From Prasinococcaceae sp. CCMP 1430 (taxonomy: Eukaryota > Plantae > Prasinodermophyta), in assembly GCA_013416795.1 (NCBI GenBank), contig RQSC01000998.1, forward strand, positions 1-61,574: a stretch of 61,574 bases of DNA, read 5' to 3'. Shown one piece after another: positions 20,798 to 30,235 of the stretch; within the stretch, counting starts at the first letter, position 1, and each line of letters opens with the position of its first letter. Under the pieces are notes generated by a model. The model did no database searches. It saw nothing but the letters and a program-made list of their open reading frames with translations, and was not told the origin of the DNA. The position numbers and the translations under genes are program-made.

Positions 20798-23341
20798 ATG
20801 CCGTCGCCGCGCGCGCGCCCGCTCGGCGCGCCGCGTGGCTTTTTTCTGGGCGCGGCGGCTTGGACGCTGCTCGCCGGCGCACTCCTCCCCGAGGTGCTGG
20901 CAGGGCGCGCTCTGATGGAGGCGGAGAAGCCCGCGCCTGCCCCCGAGTTTGAGGAGGGCTGCACCCTCACCGGCGGAGAGTTCGTCCCCGTCGGCTGGTC
21001 GGGCATGGACACCGGCTCGAACGCTTGCAATTCGTGTGTTTGCGGTGCTCCGGAGCTCATGGCGTGCACTCTCGCCTTGTGCGGCGGTCGCAGACTGAGC
21101 GAGGCTCATGCGACGGAGGCGGAGAAGCCCGCGCCTGCGCCCGCCATCGAGGAGGGCTGCACCCTGACCGGCGGCGAGTTCGTCCCCGTCGGCTGGTCGG
21201 GCGAGGACACCGGCTCAAACTGGTGCAATGCCTGTACATGCGGTGCTTCAGAGCTCATGGCGTGCACTATCGCCTTCTGCGGGCCCCAGCCCGACGGCGA
21301 AGGCGACGACAACACAAACGCCGACGATGAGGGCTGCACGCTGACCGGCGGTGAGTTCGTCCCCGTCGGCTGGTCGGGCAAGGACACCGGCTCAAACTGG
21401 TGCAATTCGTGCATATGCTCCAAGCCAGATGTAATGGCGTGCACCCTCGCCTTCTGCTTCCCCCAGCCCGATGGCGATGGCGACGGCGACGCAAACGCCG
21501 ACGATGAGGGCTGCACGCTGACCGGCGGCGAGTTCGTCCCCGTCGGCTGGTCGGGCGAGGACACCGGCTCGAACTCGTGCAATTCTTGCGGATGCGAAGG
21601 CCCGGAGCTCCTGGCGTGCACGGACGCCTTCTGCGGCCCCCAGCCCGATGGCGATGGCGGCGGCGACGCAAACGACGACGATGAGGGCTGCACGCTGACC
21701 GGCGGCGAGTTCGTTCCCGTCGGCTGGTCGGGTAAGGACACAGGCTCGAACTCGTGCAATTCTTGCGGATGCGAAGGCCCGGAGCTCCTGGCGTGCACGG
21801 AGGAATTCTGCGCCAGGCGCAGACTCCAGCAGGACGCAGAGAAGCCCGCCCCCGCCCCCGCCCTGGACGAGACAGGCGAGACAGAGTCGCTGGGGGCGGA
21901 AGAGGGCTCGTGTACCCTCGACGGTGGGGAGATCGTCCCAGATGGCTGGTTTGGAAAAGGCTCGAGCTTCAACTGGTGCAATGATTGCCGGTGCGTCAAT
22001 GGCGTCCAACTTTGCACGAAGAAATTCTGCGGCGAGGAGGACGCTGGATCGAAACCTATGAAGAGGCGCGCGGCTGCTCGCCGGCACCTGCTTGACTCCG
22101 GAGCCCGCGGCGCCCGCAAGCTCTTGTCGCACGCATCCATCTGCCTCTGTCCCGAGGTAGCTGGGGATGCCAGGGTGTGTGGGAGCGACAACGTCACGTA
22201 CCAGAACGCGTGCTGGCTCGTGTGCCTAGGACACAGCAACGACGTGACCCTTCAGAGCGCAGGGCCGTGCCCAGTGAATACGCCCGAACCCGAGCGCCCG
22301 ACGCATCTTCTGCTGAACTTCACCGACCCGTTTCCAAACCCGACCGATGACTCAGCCCCTACCGTCCAGCCCGCCCCTGGGCCCCTTCCTGCCCCGGCAC
22401 CGCTGGCTGCCGCGGCTGTGGGGGAAGCCGAGGAAGCGCTCAGCGCTGTGTCCGTCAACGAGGACTTGGCATCGTCGTCCAACGAGCAGGCTTCCTCATC
22501 CGCCGGTGCAGGCGGTGCTCCCAAGTGCACCCTGGCCGATGGCTCCACCGTGGACGTAGGCTTCAAAGGCAATGACCAGCCCCCCAACGACTGCAACTTT
22601 TGCACATGTCAAATGGGGCCTGATGGCCCGGTCCTTGCGTGCACGGAGATCGCCTGCAGCGTCGGAGATCAAGGGGCGCCCGACCCCAACGGCGACGTGA
22701 CAAACTCAAGCGGTGGATCCGACGATGCGGACTGCACCTGCATCCTGCTCTGGGACCCCGTGTGCGGTGACGACGGAAAGACGTACTCAAACGACTGCTT
22801 CGCCACCTGTGATGGCAAAACGTCCGTCGCATCACGCGGAGCGTGCCCGGACGACACGTCCGACGACGCGGACAAGGACATTGACGAGTGCATATGCACC
22901 CTGCTTTATGACCCCGTATGCGGTGAGGATGGAAAGACGTACGGGAATGAGTGCTTCGCCACCTGTGATGGCATTGCTGTCGCATCTCCCGGAGCGTGCC
23001 CGGACGACACGTCCGACGACGCGGACTGCGCGTGCATCGAGCTCTGGGACCCCGTATGTGGTGACGACGGAAAGACGTACTCAAACGACTGCTTCGCCAC
23101 CTGTGATGGCAAAACGTCCGTCGCATCACGCGGAGCGTGCCCGGACGACACGTCCGACGACGCGGACAAGGACATTGACGAGTGCATATGCACCCTGCTT
23201 TATGACCCCGTATGCGGTGAGGATGGAAAGACGTACGGGAATGAGTGCTTCGCCACCTGTGATGGCATTGCTGTCGCATCTCCCGGAGCGTGCCCGGGCG
23301 ACACGTCGATCGCGGCGGCGGAGCCTGCCCCGGGAGACTAA
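20798..23341 (+). CDS. Secreted multidomain serine-protease-inhibitor precursor (7 pacifastin-like and 5 Kazal domains)
   Basis: Signal peptide ending LLPEVLAG; seven C-x(n)-CNxCxC-x(n)-CTxxxC modules; five CxC..VCGxDxxTYxNxC Kazal modules; internal 177-bp and 294-bp tandem units. Confidence 0.8.
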   Translation: MPSPRARPLGAPRGFFLGAAAWTLLAGALLPEVLAGRALMEAEKPAPAPEFEEGCTLTGGEFVPVGWSGMDTGSNACNSCVCGAPELMACTLALCGGRRLSEAHATEAEKPAPAPAIEEGCTLTGGEFVPVGWSGEDTGSNWCNACTCGASELMACTIAFCGPQPDGEGDDNTNADDEGCTLTGGEFVPVGWSGKDTGSNWCNSCICSKPDVMACTLAFCFPQPDGDGDGDANADDEGCTLTGGEFVPVGWSGEDTGSNSCNSCGCEGPELLACTDAFCGPQPDGDGGGDANDDDEGCTLTGGEFVPVGWSGKDTGSNSCNSCGCEGPELLACTEEFCARRRLQQDAEKPAPAPALDETGETESLGAEEGSCTLDGGEIVPDGWFGKGSSFNWCNDCRCVNGVQLCTKKFCGEEDAGSKPMKRRAAARRHLLDSGARGARKLLSHASICLCPEVAGDARVCGSDNVTYQNACWLVCLGHSNDVTLQSAGPCPVNTPEPERPTHLLLNFTDPFPNPTDDSAPTVQPAPGPLPAPAPLAAAAVGEAEEALSAVSVNEDLASSSNEQASSSAGAGGAPKCTLADGSTVDVGFKGNDQPPNDCNFCTCQMGPDGPVLACTEIACSVGDQGAPDPNGDVTNSSGGSDDADCTCILLWDPVCGDDGKTYSNDCFATCDGKTSVASRGACPDDTSDDADKDIDECICTLLYDPVCGEDGKTYGNECFATCDGIAVASPGACPDDTSDDADCACIELWDPVCGDDGKTYSNDCFATCDGKTSVASRGACPDDTSDDADKDIDECICTLLYDPVCGEDGKTYGNECFATCDGIAVASPGACPGDTSIAAAEPAPGD

Positions 23342-23457
23342 GCGAGCGAGAAAACACAACGCGCGGCGCGAAAGTAGGTCGCAGACACAGAGAGCGAAGT
23401 AACGGATGAGATAAATGGTAGGTGTACAACAATCGCGCGTCTCCCTACGCGCCCCCA

Positions 23458-26341
23458 TCACCGACGCGGCCCGACGGTGACTTTGGTGTCCTCTTGCACG
23501 GCGCGCTCGTAAGCAAATCTGTCCCTGTACGAGGCCGGCACGCGCGCAATGACAACGCCCTCGTTGCCGGGGTGCCCCCTCCACTCCACGCCAGCGCTCG
23601 ACAGAAAGCGGCGCACGGCGTCCTATGGCGGACCGAGCGGCGAGCGGCAGCAAGCGGATGGCAGGAGCGTTAGGACGGGGCGGAACCAGAGCGCAGCGCA
23701 GGCGAGCACACGCGCACACGTCGCGCAGACGGCGCACCCTGAGTACCCCGAAGCCGCCGCGGCTGTGCAACCCTTTGCCGGTGATGAAGTGAATCTCGAA
23801 GCTCTGTCCGGCCGCCACCAGCATCGAGAGCACCTTAAGCTGAGCGTTGACGATGCGGAGCGCCTCGGTGCGCTCCTGGCCGTGCAGGTCCACCTCGGTC
23901 TTATTAATCGTGTGGGCGTTGACATCACGGAACGTCGCCCGGCTCGCCGGCGCCGCAGTCTCCTTGAGCCTCGCATCGATCGCGGCGAGGCGCGAGCGTT
24001 TCTCGTCCTCGCCGCCTCCCGCCAACCCCCAGAAAATGTCCCTCTGCAGCTCGGCCTTCTCGGCCTTGAGCGCTTGCCGCTCGTGCTGGTGGACCTTGTA
24101 AGGAGACTCCACGTGCGCCTTCGCCATGCGCTTCCCCCTGGCGGCCCTCGCCCGCCTGGCGTCGATCTCGCTGCGCGACTGCGGAGGCAGCATCGCCGCG
24201 CCGTTCTCAGCCATGTCGCCCCAGTCCTGCGAATTCACCGCTGCGCGCACGTTCGCGGGCACTCGCGTGCCTGGCACGAGCTGTGGGCGCCCTCGCGCGT
24301 AGTCACTGGCGATGGCGGTCGCCGTGCGTCCGTCTCCTGTCTGCACCCTGTCCGCAGGCATCTCGCAAGCATCGTCGAGCGCGGTGCGGCTCGAGCTGCT
24401 CCCCGCGCGCTGAGGAGCAGGCACGCGCACCGGGGTGGGTCGGCTCTTCATGTTTCGAGCTCGAGCCTTGCCGCTGGCCGCACGCGTGCTGGCGCCCAAG
24501 GGGCGGTACTCGTCCGTGGCGTCGCCCAGCTGCTCCCCCAGCGCCTTCTGCGCCTCTTTCAGACTAAACCCATAGTCCTCAAGCACGCACTGCAGCACCT
24601 CGTCGCTGACCATTGGAAATCGTGAGCGAAGGTGCTCCACCTTGCGGGCTGTCGACTTGCTGCCGTGGACGCCCTGCCTCTGGCCACCCGAACCGCCCCT
24701 GCCGGCCTCGAGCATGGTGGGCCACTCCGACGCGGGCTCGTCCGCGAGCATGATGTACGGATTTGCTCGCATGCCCTCGTCTGCGTCTGCACCGGTGGCG
24801 GGGGGGTCGCCACTCGCCACTGCGTCATCATCCTCGTCGCCATCGTTTACGCCGAGGAGCTCAAGCGCTCCAAGGAGGTCGCCGCCCGCCGCCTGCAAAT
24901 AGAAAGTCAACTCATCCCGATCCTTGCCAGGGACCATCTCAGCGAGCTGCTGCAGGGCGTTTCCCCCGCCGTCGCCAGCTGAAGTCGCGTTCTCCACACG
25001 CATGGGCGCCGTAGCGCCGCTCAACAAGTCGCCGGAGGTGCTCAGGAAGTCAGGCCGGTCGTCGGCTTCGTCGAGCACGCTGAAAGGGTCCTCATCCTCG
25101 TCCTCGCTCTGGTTACAGGCATCGACGGCCTCAGCATTCTCGAAGTACTCGTCGGGACCGTCGGAGTCATACCAGTCGTCCATCGGGCTGCTCAGCTGAA
25201 TGAGCATGTCCAGCGTCTGCTGCACGTCGTTGCCGAATGCCATGAGCATGTCGGTCACCATGGCACTCTGTTCTGGGAACATTTCACGAAGCTTTTGCGC
25301 GTGCGCCACGGCCTCCTCCTCCTCGCTCGCGCGGATGGCTTCCTCCTCCTCCTTGCTCAGCTTGAGAGGCGAGCTACCGAGGCGAGTATCGCCGCCAAAG
25401 CGCACAGGATCACCATCGAGCATCAACTTAATTGCCGCTTCGGTGTGTTGGAAGTCGTATCCCTTGGCGGCCGCCACGTCTGCGATCATCACCGCCGCAG
25501 TTGGGTACAGCTCTTGCAACACACTGATGGTGGTCCGTTGGCTCTCTGTCAGGCCACCCACGACGCCGCTCGCAATTCCTTTGGACTCCTCCGAGATCTC
25601 AGCACCCGGGCGAGGCACGTGATGGTCGCGTCCATCCTCTACGAAGACGTACGGGTCATCGGAGCGACCATGCCCGGGGTATGCCCGTGTCACACCTGGG
25701 AGCACGCTCAGGTCTGGCCCATGGTCATTCACAGGCAGCCGCGGTACGAATGTGAACGGCGGCGGCTCCGCTCGTGCGGACGCGGGCGGCGGCGCACCCG
25801 ACCCCATTGCTGCCGCTGTGCGCGGCGACGGCGCCTGCAGCCGCTGTCTTGCAGACGCGTCATCCTCGTGCGTTTGCTGTCGCGTCTGCTGTGGCTGCGA
25901 GCTCGGCGGTGGCAAACTCGCCCCTCCTGTGTGACCGTCCCGCCCGCACGCCGCCTCTACACGCGCGTGCTCCGCGGTAGCGAGCTCCTGCTGCTTTCTC
26001 TCCACCGCCAGCGTCCAACACGGCCACCATCGCCTGTGCGGAGGCCTCGCGCCCACAGGCCTGGGCGGAACACTGACGCGGCGCATCTCCTCGAGGCGTT
26101 CGGCCGCCCCTTCTGAGAGCCGGCCGCGCAGGTTGCGCGACGGCGGCATCGGCGGTGCGCGGTGCGTGCGCTGCCAGGCGTACATGCCAAAGACGGGTGC
26201 GCTCCCTCTGTGCCCACGGCCGCGCGAGCGGCCCCCCCTGTCGCCTCCGCCTCGCGCCATTGCCGACCACCCCAAGCCCTCATCGCGCGAGCGTCTGTCC
26301 CGTGGCCCGCCCCCGCGCCCACCCCCGACGGCCTGCGCCAT
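23458..26341 (-). CDS. CUE/UBA-like repeats plus a C-terminal Smr endonuclease domain (N4BP2/Cue2/NONU-1-like); last intron 23737-23623
   Basis: EVDLHG and ITGKGLHS; the spliced exon gives DAVRRFL...NEGVV; several L.EMFP-type CUE-like helices upstream. Confidence 0.8.
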
Positions 26342-26639
26342 CGCCTCTGCACGCCGCCGCTACCTGCGGCGGGCAGGGCTGGCGATTGCGGCGCTTCAGT
26401 CCCTCGCCGCCCGCGTGCTCGCGCCGCCTCGCCTCGTTGTGCCCCGCGGCGGCCGCGGCGGCAGCCGCGGGGGGCGTGCGGCGCGCCTCGTGTGGTGGCA
26501 CGTGGGCGGGGATGAATTCAAAGGAAAGTCACATCGCTTCGGCACACGTGCACTCGTTGGCGCGCGCGGGCTGCCGCCACTTGACGCACGGCACGCCGGT
26601 GCGCGGCGCGGCACGGCGCTGCGGGGAGGCACGGCGTGC

Positions 26640-26986
26640 ATGCCGTCGTTGGGACTGCTCGCCAGTGCGGTCGGCGCGCTGGCGGCGTTCGCGCTGCAGG
26701 GCGCGCTGCAGCGCGCGGCGTGCGGCGCCAACGGCGGCTTCTGCGGGGCAGGCGCATGCAGCCGCGCGCGCGGAGCGCTCGAGGAGCAGCTCGTCGGGCA
26801 GGGCGCGGCGGTGGCGCAACTGGGCGATGCCGTGTGCGACCACCTCGACAGGGATGTGCCGCGGAGGAAGCCGCTCGTGCTCAGCCTGCATGGCCCGCCG
26901 GGAGTTGGCAAGTCGCTCACCCACGCGCTGCTCGCCCGCGCGCTGTACGACGCAGATGGCGCCGAGCGCACTCGCGCAGCGACTCG

Positions 26987-27033
<47 letters not shown>

Positions 27034-28085
27034 GAGGGCAGCAATCCTTGCCGTGTCCAGGGGTGGGGTGCCCCGCGTACCGAGTGGTGTTTGGAACGGA
27101 CTATGCGGCTGCGGAGCGCGGTGCACAGCTGCGCGCGCTGCGCTCGGCGCTTGGCGCTCACCTCGCGAAATACCCGCAGTCGCTGGTCGTCGTTGAGGAG
27201 TACGACAAGATGGACTGTGCGAGCCGCGCGCTGGTGCGCACGATGCTTGACGGCGGGGGCGCGGCGCCCACTCTCGGCGGGGACGACAACGGTGAGAGCG
27301 TGAGCATCGATCTGTCAGCGCCGCAGCGGCAATTTGGTGAGTCTATATTCGTTCTCGAGAGCAACGTCGGCTACCTCGACATCTACCGGCACGCTGAGGA
27401 CGCACGCGAGGGCGCTGGGGAGGAAGCTGAGAGCGAGACGCCCCTCTCGGACGAAGAGGCCGACCGCACGCTGAAAGACGCCGTCTTTGACTCGTGGCTG
27501 GCACAGGAATGTGAGAGCCGCGTTGACACGCAGCGGCTGCTGGGCCTCATCGACGCGTTCGTGCCGTTTCAGCCTCTGCGCCGCACCGACCTCGCCGAAC
27601 TTGCGCAGCGCCGGCTGGAGGTGCGGCGCCTGCTGGAGCTCGACAGGTTCGCACTGTCGTGGGAAGACTCCGTGCCCGACTGGCTCGCCGGGCGCGCCGA
27701 GTACGAGTACGTTGGGGGCTGGGCGATCGAGGGTGCGAAGGAGATTGACACCATCATCAGCAGGCACGTAACTCGCGCGCTTCGAGAGTGGGCGCGCTCG
27801 AAGGCGCTGCCCGAGCGCGAGAGGCATCCCCAGCACCGCGGCCTCTCGCTCGGTGCCACGCTGCGCGGTGCGGCTCTGGAGTACCTCCGAGGCGCTGGCG
27901 TGCTGCCAGAGGGTGAGGATGCCGTGAAGGCGGAGGAGCAGCACGAGGGTGAAAGCTCGGATGTGCCATCGGCGCGCCTCGTGGTGTACGACGGCAAGGT
28001 TCGCGCTATCGATGGGCCAACGAGAAGCGAGCGGGGTTTCGATGCCGGCGCCGAGTGCGACGCGGCCGCCCGCACAGCTGCGTGA
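26640..28085 (+). CDS. Torsin-family AAA+ ATPase with signal peptide
   Basis: LVGQ, KPLVLSLHGPPGVGKS (Walker A), VVEEYDKM (Walker B), IFVLESNVG, LIDAFVPFQPL and EGAK occur in the order seen in torsins. Confidence 0.8.
26988..27032 (+). repeat. (CAG)14CAA coding microsatellite, polyQ15
   Basis: Directly visible, just after Walker A of the torsin-like ORF. Confidence 0.95.
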
Positions 28086-28177
28086 GCTGCAGTACCCTGA
28101 GGGGACGAGCGCGCCGCACACACTCCGTAAACAAAATCGATGTACTGTACACAGAGATTGTCAGGCTGCGCCCGCCG

Positions 28178-29722
28178 TCATCTCTTCACGCTCGCGCTGC
28201 CGGCGGCAACGCCGCGGACTGCCGCCGCTCCCAGCGCGCTCTCACCCCCGCCCGCACTGGCACCCTCGCCGCCGCCGCCCTTCGCCACGCCGGCGCCTCC
28301 CTCCACGCCGCCGCGGCGCAGGCGCAAGGAGCGCTCGGGCAACATCGGCGGCGGCAGAAATGGGAACGGCGCAAGGCTGAGCTGCTCGAGCGCAAGCGCG
28401 GCAGGCATGTCCTCATCGGCGGCCGAGCGCGCACCAAGCACGTTGGTCGCCGGCCCAGCGACTGCGGACGCGCCGGTGCCCTCTGCGTGCGCGCGCGCTC
28501 CGGCGGTCTCGCGCTCCGCCGCGTCCGCGTTGGGCAGCCTGTGCCAGCACATGGCCGCCATGGCCATGGGCAGATACCCCAGGGACGTGAGGAAGAGCGT
28601 GCGCGCCGTGGCGTTGCTGAGGCGGATGCGGAAAGCGGCAGAGCTCATGGTGAGCGCCAGGGCGAACGCCGCGCTCTCCCAGGCGAAAAGCTCGGTGGTG
28701 ACGCCCAGCGCGTACGCGGCGTAGCTCAGCGGCAGCAGAGCGAGCGAATTGCGTAGCGCCACGTTGGCCACGCGCCGCCCCGTGGCATCCATTATCGGCA
28801 GCATGCGGAAGCCGCCGCGAGCGTAATCCTCGCGGTGCATCCACGCGAGGCTCATGAAGTGCGGCAGCTGCCAGCAGTACAGCAGGCCGGCCAGCACGAG
28901 CGCGCCCGGCTGCAGGCCGTCCGCGGCCGCCGCCCAGCCCATTAGCGGCGGCACGCCGCCGACCACGGCCCCTACCCATGTGTTGGCCACGGACATCTGC
29001 TTGAGCGGCGTGTACACGCCCGCGTACAGCGCGATGTTGCCGGCGCCGAGGACGGCCGCCTCCGTGCCGCTGAACGTCGCCAGCACGCCCACGCCGGTCA
29101 CCGTGCACGCCGCGGCGAACGCGAGCGCCTGCGGCACGCTGCACGCGCCCGCCGGCAGCGGGCGCTTCATCGTCCGCGTCATGCGGCCGTCATTCATCCT
29201 CTCGTACACCTGGTTGAGCGTGTTCGCCGCCGAGGAGGCCAGCATGGTGCCCAGCGTCACGTAGCCGGCGCCCGCCCAATCGACACTCTCGCCGGAGCCG
29301 ACGACGTAGCCCGCCGTCGCCGTGGACGCGACAAACGCGCTCAGCCTGAACTTGGACAGCTTCTCAAAGACGCGCAGCCACTCGCCCGGCGTCGAAGCGC
29401 GCCCGCCGGCGGCCGCCGCCGACGCGCCCGGTAGACCCGGGTTCGCTCGCGACCACGCCCGCGGCGCGACCGACCCAACCAAACCATACCACAACGGTAA
29501 CCACAAACGCGCATGTTACCCCAAACGCCAACCCGAACCGTTCGAACGTGCGGCACGCGTGTTGCACGCGTGGCGAAAAGGAATCTCTTTTGGGGGGGCG
29601 GCGGCGAGAGCCGCACGCGCGGGCACTGTGAGAACCGCCGCCGCTGCTGCCGGGGCCTTGGCGGCGCCGCGTAGGCCCCTCGCCGCGGCTCGCGCGCGCG
29701 CGATCAAGAGCGCCGACATCAT
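28178..29722 (-). CDS. COX10: Protoheme IX farnesyltransferase (heme O synthase); 5' structure unresolved
   Basis: LSKFRLS, ANTLNQVYE..NDGRM.RT..RPLP, YTPLK, NTWVGAVVGGVPPLMGWAA, WQLPHF, REDY; a presequence-like stretch starts at 29722 in a different frame. Confidence 0.9.
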
Positions 29723-30235
29723 CCCCCCCCCTCCCTCCCCTGCGCGCTCTCCGCGCGCGCTATGCCGCACACCCACCGCCCTCCCGCCAGCCGCCGCCCC
29801 GCTGGCCCCTGCGCCCCCCCACCCCCAATCGGCAAATCTCCGCCCCGCCGAGGGCCTCTCCCTCCCTCCCTCTGCCGCGCGGACGCGGGGGCGCGCCGCG
29901 CCGCCCGCGCGCAGAAATCCGCTGCTGTGCTGTGAGGCGCGCGCACCTCCCGGCTGTTGGCCCGCCAGACGAACGGCCGGTCGCACCGCACCCTCATTTG
30001 ATAGAGGCGAGCCTCTTCTCCCCCCCCCCCCTTTCGTTGGCGTTGGCCGGTGCGCGTTCGCGTTCGCGAGAGCGGGCGAGGGCCGTTGGGAGAAATGATG
30101 CCGAAACGGATGGGGACTGGGGCGGGCCGGGCGCGCGGCCGCACTGCGGGCGGTGGCGCAGCAGGGCTGGCTCGCGGGTGCGCCGCGCACGACGCCGGCC
30201 GCGCGCGCGCGCGCGGGGGCGCGGCCGCGGCGACG

